Shown here in pieces: positions 1 through 9,575 of a DNA stretch of 64,000 bases; position 1 is the stretch's first letter, and each line of letters opens with the position of its first letter. The translations under genes were made by a program, and so were the position numbers. This DNA comes from Opitutales bacterium (lineage in GTDB: Bacteria; Verrucomicrobiota; Verrucomicrobiia; Opitutales; PNEW01). A model generated the notes under the pieces. It searched no databases, was not told the origin of the DNA, and was given only the letters and a program-made list of their open reading frames with translations. The stretch is taken from contig CBDANS010000007.1 in assembly GCA_965197745.1 (NCBI GenBank), forward strand, positions 288,001 to 352,000. The letters are read 5' to 3'.

Positions 1-373
1 CCGGTTGCACGTATTTTGTAAAAAGAGTGCTTAGGTGTTTAAATATAATCAGTTGCTTTATCCGCCAGCACCCCCGCGTTATTAAAGGAAAAGCAAAACC
101 GCTTTGATTAAACATGTGGTTAAGTTGTCGCTCGGAGAGGAAAACCATTTTTATCGCTTTTGCATTATCGTTCGCTCCCATAAACTCGCAGCAACCGTTC
201 TCAAATTTAATCACAGCATTTAATTGAGAGCGTGTGCTGATAGAGATGGAAAAATTCGTTTTTCCGAGGATTTGCTTAGCCTCAGGAACCACCGTCATAA
301 AATCCTCGAAAGCGTAAAGGACAGCGTTAAGATGCAATCGACAAAGAATATGATCTTCAGCAGCGGAATTCAT
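1..373 (-). CDS. Hypothetical protein, partial (runs off the left edge)
   Basis: Hand translation from ATG 373 gives MNSAAEDHILCRLHLNAVLYAFEDF...FTKYVQP, open to position 1. Starts 8 nt after the stop of the upstream glycosyltransferase, so probably co-transcribed. Confidence 0.7.
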   Translation of the reverse strand, partial: MNSAAEDHILCRLHLNAVLYAFEDFMTVVPEAKQILGKTNFSISISTRSQLNAVIKFENGCCEFMGANDNAKAIKMVFLSERQLNHMFNQSGFAFPLITRGCWRIKQLIIFKHLSTLFTKYVQP

Positions 374-381
374 CGATCTAT

Positions 382-1494
382 TTAAGGGATTAAATGGTGG
401 ATCTTTTCCAGAATGTCGATGGGGTGTTGCCGGGGCCGGACCGCCTCCATCTTTGCTTTTTCATCCTCGCGGGTTCGAGGGTTGTTCATCCAATCTTTCA
501 GCATGTCCGGAAGCTGGCGTGCTCTATTTATGGTCCTTGCGAATCCATGCTTTTGGCAGTATTTCAACGTGATGTATTCCTGGGGCATGACTCCCCCCAT
601 AGTATTATGTATTATTGGGCAACCGGTAACTATGGCTTCACTCGTGGTTCCAGTCCCGGGGCGAGCTAATATCGCTGAAGCGCCTTGTAGCAGTTGGTTC
701 ATATTCTCGTGATACCCCAGGGGTGTGATTTGCCAATCGGAAAATTGATTTGCCCAGGATATTATTTTGCGGTGAGATTTTTTATTATAACCACAGAGAG
801 CCGTTACTTCAGGTTTTAACGCTGCTCTTTTTAAAGCTTTTAAAAAAGATAAATGGTTGTGTGCGCTGTTCGCGCCTGTTGATAGAATGAGCTTAAAATT
901 TTTATTATATTCTTCCTTTGTGGGGTGATTGTAAAATTCGGGTTTAAGGAGAAAACCCCCACACCAGTTTTTGTCTTTCGGCATTCCCCATTGCGTTGCG
1001 GCTTCACAGGTTTCTGGTACCGCGCCGATAAAGAGATCGCATTCCGAATTTACCCAGTGTTTGCTGAAACCATATCCCCCGTAGAGTTCGCCACAGTAGG
1101 TAACACATGCCAGTGGTGATTTTATTCCTTCTTGAGCCATTTTAAAAAACCCATGATTGAGATGTCCGTGGGTGCTTATAATTATCTGTGGCTGATAAGA
1201 TTTAATAAGTTTTCGATATTTGTTTTTACCCAGCAATCTCCCCTTCGATCGATGCATGGAGGCAAGCTCAAGATAATTGAAATAAAGATGGTGCAGGCGG
1301 GGAGATCTTTTCTGAATAAAATTATAAAGACTTACACCGAAAGCGTAGAGAGGGTGGGTTAACTCTAAGGCTGAGTGTATGGAGACTTCAAAATTAAACT
1401 TACGCGCATCATCCGTTTGTGCCCATGCTTTGAATGCCTGCGCGCGCATGTTATGGCCGCCGCCAGTGCTCGATGTCAAAATGAGAATTCGCAT
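382..1494 (-). CDS. MGDG synthase / UgtP-like GT-B glycosyltransferase (GT28-like)
   Basis: N-terminal ILILTSSTGGGHNMRA motif and C-terminal RPGTGTTSEA...P...QE motif typical of diacylglycerol glycosyltransferases. Confidence 0.85.
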   Translation of the reverse strand: MRILILTSSTGGGHNMRAQAFKAWAQTDDARKFNFEVSIHSALELTHPLYAFGVSLYNFIQKRSPRLHHLYFNYLELASMHRSKGRLLGKNKYRKLIKSYQPQIIISTHGHLNHGFFKMAQEGIKSPLACVTYCGELYGGYGFSKHWVNSECDLFIGAVPETCEAATQWGMPKDKNWCGGFLLKPEFYNHPTKEEYNKNFKLILSTGANSAHNHLSFLKALKRAALKPEVTALCGYNKKSHRKIISWANQFSDWQITPLGYHENMNQLLQGASAILARPGTGTTSEAIVTGCPIIHNTMGGVMPQEYITLKYCQKHGFARTINRARQLPDMLKDWMNNPRTREDEKAKMEAVRPRQHPIDILEKIHHLIP

Positions 1495-1660
1495 TATGGT
1501 GTAAAAGGTGGATCTGAAACCTGCCTATTCTAATTCCACTTGATTTTATGTTGGGTGCAAATCATTTAGTCCATGGGTATTCGAGTTATGGCGTAATTAT
1601 TTGTTATCTATGGTCATGCCTGTTGACTTAGAGACTTAAACGAACGATAATTAAAACGCC

Positions 1661-2590
1661 ATGTTGATCGCATCGCGTAAGCAGGTCTACTCTTTAGCGT
1701 CTCCCAGCGCTGGTTACATTCCGGAGGCGATAGGGGATGAAAAAACTATCCTGTGTCTGCACGAGGGAAAAGATCTGTCCGTTATTGTATATGAAGGAGG
1801 TGAACTCGCATTACGTTCAAATGGTCATACCCATAATGTTCATTCCGATGTAGTGGAATCGATTGAATGCGTCACCATCATAGGCGAAGTCCCCCCGCTG
1901 GTATTAATGGGAACGGAAGCGCCTCATCTCTATCAAATTTCAGATAATGGTAAACCAGCAAAACGTATGATTGCATTTGATCAACTTAATGCTCGCGATC
2001 AGTGGTATACACCGTGGGGAGGTCCTGCCTCCGTGCGCAGCATCGCCCACACAGGCGATTGGGTCTATGCCGATATCCACGTTGGCAGCATCATGCGTTC
2101 CCCCGATCGTGGCACTACCTGGGAACCGGTGAAACCAACCTTACACGAAGATGTCCACCAGGTAATTACCTCTCATCTTGCCGAAACGCGTGTTTATGCC
2201 AATACGGCAGACGCTGTTTATGTCAGCGAGGACCATGGGAACTCATGGGAACATCGTGCCAGTGGTCTGAGCGCTCGCTATGGTCGTGCCATCGCAGTGC
2301 ATCCCCATGAACCGGACTGCCTCCTCGCAACCGTGAGTCAAGGTCCCGGATCTGATGTTAATGGTCAGCTCTATCGCTCAGATAATGTGGGGCGCACCTG
2401 GTCCCATGTTACTTCCGGGTTTCCTCCTTCAACCTATAATAATATCGACACATTCCAGGTCACTTTTTCATCAGATGGCACGGCATGGGCGGTAGTAGAA
2501 AAGGTCCTTTATAAAAGTGATGACCGGGGTAATACCTGGGAGATCTCCTGGGAAGCTTCGGATGAAATAATAATGCTTTCATGCGCATGA
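1661..2590 (+). CDS. BNR/Asp-box repeat beta-propeller protein
   Basis: Repeated SxDxGxTW boxes: SPDRGTTW, SEDHGNSW, SDNVGRTW, SDDRGNTW. Confidence 0.85.
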   Translation: MLIASRKQVYSLASPSAGYIPEAIGDEKTILCLHEGKDLSVIVYEGGELALRSNGHTHNVHSDVVESIECVTIIGEVPPLVLMGTEAPHLYQISDNGKPAKRMIAFDQLNARDQWYTPWGGPASVRSIAHTGDWVYADIHVGSIMRSPDRGTTWEPVKPTLHEDVHQVITSHLAETRVYANTADAVYVSEDHGNSWEHRASGLSARYGRAIAVHPHEPDCLLATVSQGPGSDVNGQLYRSDNVGRTWSHVTSGFPPSTYNNIDTFQVTFSSDGTAWAVVEKVLYKSDDRGNTWEISWEASDEIIMLSCA

Positions 2591-2621
2591 TCATCACTTG
2601 TCCACTCAGAGAATTTTAAAT

Positions 2622-3410
2622 TTAATTTTTTCTCAACCAGCAAAACGAGTCTAGGAGAAAGAGAGAAATGCGTTGCTGGAATTTGAGTTTCATATAGGCA
2701 GTACCATCTTTAGGGGTGTAGCCAAGAAGCTTACAAGTTTGCCTGATATCGTATTGGCATTGGTAGTGACGTGAGAATCCATGAGCTATCGCAAAATCTA
2801 TCCCGTCAACTTCAATGCACTGTTCAATTAAATGAGCAGAATCTCCTAGCGTAATCCAATTTGCTCGCTTTATCGGATCATTTTCAGGCGCTTTTTCTAC
2901 AATACCACCGAAGCGAATACAGAGAGAGGAAAGACGATGCATATGAAAGAAACTTTGTGCTAGAGCCTCGCCAAAAACCTTGCATGAGCCATATACATAC
3001 AACGGGTTTGGGGCAGATTTCGGGGTAACTCTCATTCCATCGGGATACCCATTTATCGCGTTCACGCTGCTCGCATAAATAACGCGGCGACATCCCTGAT
3101 CCGCAGCTGCCCGGTATATGTTATATACCCCTATGACATTACATGCTAATAAGGTATCGTAAAAATCAGCTTTTTGCGATGGATCCGCGGCCAAATGGAC
3201 CACCGTGTCCATTCCCTTACATGCCATCTGCATATCCTCAAGTTTGCTGATATCCAGCTTTTGGAAATCCGTATTCTTCTTTAATGGATAATCTAAATTG
3301 CGAATATCCGTTAATCGAAGATCGTAACGATCCTGCCATTGGCACCCCAAATAACCGCCTAGATTTCCCGCGGCGCCTGTTATTAAAACTTTTCTCTTGG
3401 ATTCAGACAT
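2622..3410 (-). CDS. NAD-dependent epimerase/dehydratase (uronate dehydrogenase-like extended SDR)
   Basis: LITGAAGNLG Rossmann motif, VVHLAA, YASS and YGSCK (YxxxK). Start placed at MSESKRK (3410). Confidence 0.85.
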   Translation of the reverse strand: MSESKRKVLITGAAGNLGGYLGCQWQDRYDLRLTDIRNLDYPLKKNTDFQKLDISKLEDMQMACKGMDTVVHLAADPSQKADFYDTLLACNVIGVYNIYRAAADQGCRRVIYASSVNAINGYPDGMRVTPKSAPNPLYVYGSCKVFGEALAQSFFHMHRLSSLCIRFGGIVEKAPENDPIKRANWITLGDSAHLIEQCIEVDGIDFAIAHGFSRHYQCQYDIRQTCKLLGYTPKDGTAYMKLKFQQRISLFLLDSFCWLRKN

Positions 3411-3477
3411 TAAAGATCTCAAAAAGGGGATTATCACAGGTTGTGATGTAAAACCCCGCGATATTTACAATCTTAAT

Positions 3478-4659
3478 TTAATGTTCAGCACTTTGGCTAC
3501 CAGTGTGCTGTGCATGACTGGTCGTAAAACGCATCTTTATTCGCTCCCATAATTTAGCAACCACAAAGAGCGGTATTTGCCATGGGTTTTTTAAACCCCA
3601 GATATCCTGAAGGTAACCGGGAAATCCAAAAATCTTTTGTCGTAAACTGCTATTTTTTACCAGTCTTAAATAATTAAAACAGTGCCCGGGAAATACACCT
3701 AAGATACCAATTGGTTTATCTTTAAGGCGATATTCCATGCGTTCGATTAAGGGATGGGGAACATCATCGAGGGTTTCCAGAACCCACGGGGGCACCGAGA
3801 CGTTAAAGTTCATTTTTATATAATTTAAGGTGTCCCTTAGGGGTAGGGTAAGCCAACGATTAGTGGCTTGCCTCACGAGGCGATCCCAGTCTACTTCAGC
3901 AGATGATGTTCTGAAAATAATCATGGCATCAGCTATCCAGCGAATGGGCGGAGTCAGATTCCACCTGGCCCCATGAACACAAACATGAAAAAGCAGATCG
4001 GTGGCATTTTCACATCGAGTGGGTACACCCACAAAATCTGTTTCGACGGATCCAGACCAGACAGGATCGTCAGCGTGAGGTTGTCGGCCCTGGGGAAAAA
4101 GATACCAGTGCACGTCGATTGCCTGTCCGCGTTCATTGACAAATGATCCCGCATTGCTGCGACTGAGTATCTTGTCGATGGTCATCCATTCATCTTTTAA
4201 GTGCCACCTATTATCTAATAACAGATTGATAGCCTCTTTGGCTTTCGAGACTGGGATTAATATATCGATATCGTCCATGGGACGTAAGCCGTGATCACGA
4301 TAGTGCATCAGGACCAACGCTCCTCCTTTTAAAATCATGGTCTCAATCCCTTTTTGCTGCAGGGCTTCTAGAAGCGGAGCGGTTTGATGAAAGAGTAACT
4401 GATTTTGGGCCCAATGATAGCGGTAGACTCCTTTCATCTTTTTCATCATAGGATCATCAATTCCTGCTTGGGTCAGGTTGTGATGAAGAAGGGGCAACAA
4501 CCGATGGGAACCGGGATCTAATTTTTCAATGTCAATTTTTGATCTCCACGAGTACCAGGCGCTTTCCACTTCATCCTTGCTCAGTAGGCAGGCCCGAAGC
4601 ATTAACTCCTGTTCCTGGTTCGGCCAGAAACCCTTCGCCTTAATCTTTTTCCCCCTCAC
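3478..4659 (-). CDS. Uncharacterised nucleotidyltransferase (NTP_transf_5-type)
   Basis: LKGGAL...RPMDDIDILI and IDVHW motifs of the family found in lasso/PqqD-associated clusters. Confidence 0.85.
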   Translation of the reverse strand: MRGKKIKAKGFWPNQEQELMLRACLLSKDEVESAWYSWRSKIDIEKLDPGSHRLLPLLHHNLTQAGIDDPMMKKMKGVYRYHWAQNQLLFHQTAPLLEALQQKGIETMILKGGALVLMHYRDHGLRPMDDIDILIPVSKAKEAINLLLDNRWHLKDEWMTIDKILSRSNAGSFVNERGQAIDVHWYLFPQGRQPHADDPVWSGSVETDFVGVPTRCENATDLLFHVCVHGARWNLTPPIRWIADAMIIFRTSSAEVDWDRLVRQATNRWLTLPLRDTLNYIKMNFNVSVPPWVLETLDDVPHPLIERMEYRLKDKPIGILGVFPGHCFNYLRLVKNSSLRQKIFGFPGYLQDIWGLKNPWQIPLFVVAKLWERIKMRFTTSHAQHTGSQSAEH

Positions 4660-5357
4660 TCTGAAGCTCTACCTTGCTCTTTTCGCCTGCGATCGAGAGA
4701 TGCTTTTATAATATTAGTAAACTCGGTAATTGAATCGCGTTTGTGCAGCATCGTATTAGACGTATGCAATCTTCGGCGCATGACCAAATCGGGTATTACA
4801 TTTATCTTGAGATCAAGTTCTTTGGCACGTAGGTACCAGCTCATAAATTCTCCAACCCCTAATTGCGTTTCAAATAATCCTACGCGAAAAAAAGCATCTC
4901 GTTTTACTAACATCGTGCCACAATGAATGCCCGCGATCACCTCATCAGGACAGTATAATTTTTTTTTCGCCTCACCATCTAAATCCGGGCTTATAAACTG
5001 TTCCAGATGTCCAAATGCAATATCCAAAGTGAGATCAGCGTTGAAGGCCTCAATTTGCAAAGATAGCTTATCTTTTGTCCATAAATCATCACCATCAAGA
5101 AATGCTAATAAATTTCCGTTTGCCTTTTCCACCCCAAGATTGCGAGCCGCGGCGATTCCTGCGTTAGGTTGAAAATAATAGTTTAGAGCATCCCCATAAG
5201 ATTGGGCAATTTTTGCGCTATCGTCAGACGAACCGTCATCAATGACAATAGTTTCATACGGTTGAGAGGTTTGATTGAGTACGCTTTCTATTGATTCCGC
5301 GAAGTAATTTTCGCCGTTGTAGATGGGAATGATAACGCTAACCCGAGGCTTATCCAT
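4656..5357 (-). CDS. Glycosyltransferase family 2
   Basis: VSVIIPIYNGE, IDDGSSD, ARNLG, FLDGDD. Start placed at MDKPRVS (5357); 4-nt overlap with the nucleotidyltransferase start. Confidence 0.9.
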   Translation of the reverse strand: MDKPRVSVIIPIYNGENYFAESIESVLNQTSQPYETIVIDDGSSDDSAKIAQSYGDALNYYFQPNAGIAAARNLGVEKANGNLLAFLDGDDLWTKDKLSLQIEAFNADLTLDIAFGHLEQFISPDLDGEAKKKLYCPDEVIAGIHCGTMLVKRDAFFRVGLFETQLGVGEFMSWYLRAKELDLKINVIPDLVMRRRLHTSNTMLHKRDSITEFTNIIKASLDRRRKEQGRASE

Positions 5358-6138
5358 TATGATGAGGGCCTTTTCCTGCCTCTTTTTGACGATCTTTGCT
5401 CGTGGCGACAAGAAAGTTGGATAGACTGGGTAGGGATGTCGCTTTACCCTTACTTTGTTTGCGGCGACGGTCTAATGATTTTTTTATCACTTCCATCAAA
5501 TTTAATTCCTGCCAGTGGTTTATTTTTTGAGTGGTATTATTCTCGTGTCTTCGATAGAGCAGTGAAACCTGGGGCACGGTGATGATCTTTACGCCACTTT
5601 CTCTGAAGCGAAAAAACCAATCTACATCTTCGCTCAAACGAAGGTCTGAATTAAATAAACCAATATTTTCAAAAACTGATTTTTTAACGATATAACTGCC
5701 CATGAGGGGAGCGAGAATGGGTTCACCCAGATTCTCAAACTCTATTTTTTCATCGTCGATCTGAACTTCGCGCACAAGCTGAGTTTGTCCCATTACTAAA
5801 TCGACTTCGGAGTCGTCAAAATAGGGGAGTTGCCGTGATAAATTATTGGATGCCCACATGTCGTCCGCATCCAGAAATCCAATAATTTTACTTCGTGAAA
5901 TACTAAACCCGTGATTGCGTGCAGCCGCGGCCCCCTGGTTCTCCTGGTAAATATATTTAATGCCTTCACTAAATGACCTGGCAATCTCTCCGGTTTTATC
6001 GGTCGAACCATCATCGACAATAATAATTTCCAGGGAAGAGTGTTTTTGTTGAAAGATACTATTCAGGGCGGTAGGGAGTACCCTTTCTCCATTATAAACG
6101 GGTATTATAACACTGATCGATGGCGGCTCAACGGACAT
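5350..6138 (-). CDS. Glycosyltransferase family 2
   Basis: ISVIIPVYNGE, VDDGSTD, FLDADD, SEDVD. Confidence 0.9.
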   Translation of the reverse strand: MSVEPPSISVIIPVYNGERVLPTALNSIFQQKHSSLEIIIVDDGSTDKTGEIARSFSEGIKYIYQENQGAAAARNHGFSISRSKIIGFLDADDMWASNNLSRQLPYFDDSEVDLVMGQTQLVREVQIDDEKIEFENLGEPILAPLMGSYIVKKSVFENIGLFNSDLRLSEDVDWFFRFRESGVKIITVPQVSLLYRRHENNTTQKINHWQELNLMEVIKKSLDRRRKQSKGKATSLPSLSNFLVATSKDRQKEAGKGPHHNG

Positions 6139-7237
6139 TAATATTTTCAGTAAGGAGTTGTGTAATCACTTCTGGTATGGTGGATAGGTTTGTGCCCAGT
6201 TCCAGTTGATAAGATTGAACTTTTGTAACCAGATTTGCCATCGTGCGAAAAGCCTGTTCACCGGCGCCGGGTAATTGAAAAATCGTGCTCGGCGCCAGTT
6301 CTCTTAATGCCATGGCTGGAGTCGTCTTAGAAAATTTGGATGCGGATAACCCCGTGATTCGTGGTAAAAGTATCGCTTTTATCGGCAGATTGGAAGTGAA
6401 TTGTCGTTCGTAGTTATCATATAAATACAATAGCGCTTTCTCATCCAATGCTCCATCGTCATTAATAATGTTCTGCTTAAGATGAGTGAATCTTTGTAAA
6501 TTGTCTGGTTTTAGTTTTGCCACACAATAAAGACTAAATACCTCGGGAGTTTTTTCAGTGCTGATAAGAGAATAGTCATCACCAAGATATAATAATCCAG
6601 CATCGAGGCATGCCAAGGAAGAGGACGATTTACCCGAACCACCTTTACCTACCAACAAAACTGCACCTTCTCGTGTTCCTACCGCCGCAGCATGCATGAT
6701 CTGTCGTTGATGGTTACTTAGCCATAAGTGAAGTATGGTACGAAGGGGATAAGCCATTTCATAATAGGCAATACGCGATGCATCCGCGGCCCAGAAAATT
6801 GCAACATTTTCCTTCATATCAATAATACTAAGGATGTTACTATCAATTTGAAATACCGTATGAATCCTGGCGTTGTTGTTATATTTAATTTCTTCTCGAG
6901 GTGAGTAATCGTCGCTATGCCAGGGAGGGGTGGGCATGGAAATGCCTGATGATTTACTGTCCCACAAGTAAATAGTAAGCGATTTTTTCGGGGTGGGAGC
7001 TGTCCTCAAGTGGGAGAGCGCCAGGGTGGTTGGGGTAACCAAGGTTCGACCCGCAAACTGTAGTAAAATATTGTATCCTCCCACCTCATAATATTGGTCA
7101 ATAACCTCTCCTTCATTTTCTTTCGCACGATTAAAATTTGCGCGTGCGATTTTGAAATATTCTAACGGTCTAAAGTTGCTTTTGTCCTCAGCCCCGTTTT
7201 CAGTTTTCAATGGGGACATCTTCTCGGAATTCGGCAT
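6128..7237 (-). CDS. HPr kinase-related Ser/Thr kinase (P-loop)
   Basis: HAAAV...GKGGSGKSS (Walker A) followed by LGDDY, the HPrK/PEPCK-type signature. Confidence 0.85.
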   Translation of the reverse strand: MPNSEKMSPLKTENGAEDKSNFRPLEYFKIARANFNRAKENEGEVIDQYYEVGGYNILLQFAGRTLVTPTTLALSHLRTAPTPKKSLTIYLWDSKSSGISMPTPPWHSDDYSPREEIKYNNNARIHTVFQIDSNILSIIDMKENVAIFWAADASRIAYYEMAYPLRTILHLWLSNHQRQIMHAAAVGTREGAVLLVGKGGSGKSSSSLACLDAGLLYLGDDYSLISTEKTPEVFSLYCVAKLKPDNLQRFTHLKQNIINDDGALDEKALLYLYDNYERQFTSNLPIKAILLPRITGLSASKFSKTTPAMALRELAPSTIFQLPGAGEQAFRTMANLVTKVQSYQLELGTNLSTIPEVITQLLTENINVR

Positions 7238-7267
7238 TTGCTTGGAATATAACCCGAATTTGTGGGG

Positions 7268-7723
7268 TCACTTTATTTCCTTAGGATTAGTTCGAGGCCA
7301 TCCCATTTCGTCAACTTCGTGGATGGGGTCGATGAGCAGGAGCTCCTGCATGTCCGTAAATTTTTGTAATGTTGGTCTTTCAAATGGAAGTTTATCAATA
7401 TTTTTATCATCTGTTGAATTTTCATCGGGTGAAGATTGATCGTCATTATTAATCTCTGAAGATGTAACTAACGAATCATTTTTAAGTTCATCAACGAATC
7501 GGGTAACTTCATCATTAATATTAATCCCATTGCTTAAATATTCTTTATTCAAAGTATTGACGATGTAATCTACGGTGGTCGTATTTTCCAGGAGGTTCCA
7601 TATGCGAACGCCGACATTGAGCAAACTGTAATAATCTCCAGTATTAAGATTGATAATGACAACTTCACCTTCGATATTCTGGTGAACAATGTTGGGCTGA
7701 TTAATTTGAAATTGTGGGGGCAT
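7268..7723 (-). CDS. PqqD-family RiPP recognition element (RRE) with C-terminal peptide extension
   Basis: Residues 1-88 fit the PqqD/RRE pattern (IEGEVVIINLNTGDYYSLLNVGVRIWNLL...FVDELKNDSLV), followed by an acidic linker and FERPTLQKFTDMQELLLIDPIHEVDEMGWP. Confidence 0.85.
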   Translation of the reverse strand: MPPQFQINQPNIVHQNIEGEVVIINLNTGDYYSLLNVGVRIWNLLENTTTVDYIVNTLNKEYLSNGININDEVTRFVDELKNDSLVTSSEINNDDQSSPDENSTDDKNIDKLPFERPTLQKFTDMQELLLIDPIHEVDEMGWPRTNPKEIK

Positions 7724-7907
7724 TGTTGAATTAATTTCTAGAACAGAAAATAAATAAATAATATATTGAATTATGAATTAGTTTGGTTGCCCATAATATA
7801 TGATCTCCTTACTTAATCAATTTATAAATCTTATCCATTATATAAAAATGATAACCTGCTTTCCCTGTAGTCATGTCATCATATAAAATACCTCTATCTT
7901 GATCAAG

Positions 7908-9107
7908 ATGGCAGAGATGAAGGTCATACGTAAAATCATGCGTGATCCGCTGATTTTACCTGTTTACCTTCCTTCATTAATGGGTGCATTCAGCAGCGGT
8001 CTGCTCGTTCCGATTATCCCGCTTTATATTGTAAGCTTTGATGTTTCATACGGCCTGGTCGGATTGGCTCTTGCCAGTCAAAGTATTGGGACGATGTTGT
8101 GCGATGTTCCGAGCGGGTTGCTCTTGAGAAAATTTGGGGTAAAACGTTCAATGCTTGTGGGGATTGCCTTTATCACGCTTTCAACCTTCGCTCTTTATTG
8201 GTCCACCAACATTATCGAGGTTATAGCCCTACGCCTTTCTTCCGGATTGGGAATGGCGCTATATGGTATCGCCAGACATAACTATATAGCCGAAACTATT
8301 GTTATTAACTACCGCGGTCGGGCCAGTGCCCTCTTTGGTGGCGTTAATCGGGTGGGAAAGTTTACGGGGCCTGCGATAGGTGGATTTGTGGCTGCTGCTT
8401 TCGGTTTGCAAACCGTCTTTATTCTTTTCAGTGCTGTTTTTATATTTATATTTATCATTGTCACAGTCGTCGTAGACGAAAAATACTCAGCTTCCATTAA
8501 ATCCACCACGCTGCATGGCAATAGCATATACAAAACGCTGAAATCAGAGTACCGCATTCTCCTAACAGCCGGGCTTGGGCAGCTTTTTGCACAGATGATT
8601 CGGGCGGGAGTGATTGTGGTTATTCCTCTTTATGCTGCTGAAGTAATCGGTCTTAAAGTAGAGGTTATCGGGCTCATCGTCAGTATTGCCGCAGCGGTAG
8701 ACATGTCTTTATTTTATCCTGCCGGATTGCTTATGGACCGCCTCGGGAGAAAATATGCGATCATTCCTTGTTTTTTTATCCAGGCCGTTGGATTGGGACT
8801 ATTGCCGTTCACCGATAGCTATAACACGCTTTTAATAGTCGCTGTCTTAATCAGTATTGGAAACGGTCTTGGCTCGGGAACAATGCTCACATTGGGAACA
8901 GATTTCGCTCCAGAAAATTCACGCGCTGAGTTTCTCAGCCTCTGGCGATTTATTCATTCTGTGGGACAAACCGGTGCTCCTGTGCTTATCGGTACCGTCG
9001 CGGCCATTATTACGATGCAGGCCGCAGTGTGGTCAATATCCGCCACCGGTCTTCTCGCGGTATTTATATTTGCTTTTCATGTCCCGGAGACCCTTAAAAG
9101 AAAATAA
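7908..9107 (+). CDS. MFS transporter
   Basis: About 12 hydrophobic segments; motif A-like GLLLRKFGVKR and GLLMDRLGRK. Confidence 0.9.
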   Translation: MAEMKVIRKIMRDPLILPVYLPSLMGAFSSGLLVPIIPLYIVSFDVSYGLVGLALASQSIGTMLCDVPSGLLLRKFGVKRSMLVGIAFITLSTFALYWSTNIIEVIALRLSSGLGMALYGIARHNYIAETIVINYRGRASALFGGVNRVGKFTGPAIGGFVAAAFGLQTVFILFSAVFIFIFIIVTVVVDEKYSASIKSTTLHGNSIYKTLKSEYRILLTAGLGQLFAQMIRAGVIVVIPLYAAEVIGLKVEVIGLIVSIAAAVDMSLFYPAGLLMDRLGRKYAIIPCFFIQAVGLGLLPFTDSYNTLLIVAVLISIGNGLGSGTMLTLGTDFAPENSRAEFLSLWRFIHSVGQTGAPVLIGTVAAIITMQAAVWSISATGLLAVFIFAFHVPETLKRK

Positions 9108-9163
9108 GGAGCAGGGTCTTCTGCAATTTGCTAAATAATAATTCTGAATTCCCGATTAATATA

Positions 9164-9547
9164 TCATTCTTCTAAGAATTTTTCGTAATCGGGTGCAGAA
9201 AGAAGGGACTCGTTTTCGTCTTCATCAGAAATTTTAATTTTAATCAACCATCCCCCTTCATAAGGTTCATCATTTGCCAGCTCGGGTGCGCTTTCCAGTT
9301 CGCCGTTAACCTCTTGAATATCACCGCTGACCGGCATATAAAGGTCAGAAGCGGCTTTAACCGATTCAATTACGCCAAAAGTGTCCCCTTCTTTAAAAGA
9401 GCTTCCAGGTGAGGGTAATTCGATAAAAGTTATATCACCGAGACTTTCCTGAGCAAAATCGGTGATGCCAATAATACCTATACCATTCACAATTTTTATC
9501 CATTCGTGTTCCTGGGTATACTTAAGTTCTGTGGGTATCTTACTCAT
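9164..9547 (-). CDS. gcvH: Glycine cleavage system H protein
   Basis: LKYTQEHEW, GITDFAQESLGD and the lipoyl-Lys motif IESVKAASD. Start placed at MSKIP (9547). Confidence 0.97.
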   Translation of the reverse strand: MSKIPTELKYTQEHEWIKIVNGIGIIGITDFAQESLGDITFIELPSPGSSFKEGDTFGVIESVKAASDLYMPVSGDIQEVNGELESAPELANDEPYEGGWLIKIKISDEDENESLLSAPDYEKFLEE

Positions 9548-9575
9548 AAATTTTAAAAAAAACTGGTGTGAAATA

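Noticed and set aside
7268..7723. PQQ biosynthesis locus
   Set aside because: No pqqA/B/C/E or radical SAM gene nearby; the PqqD fold is used here as a generic RRE.
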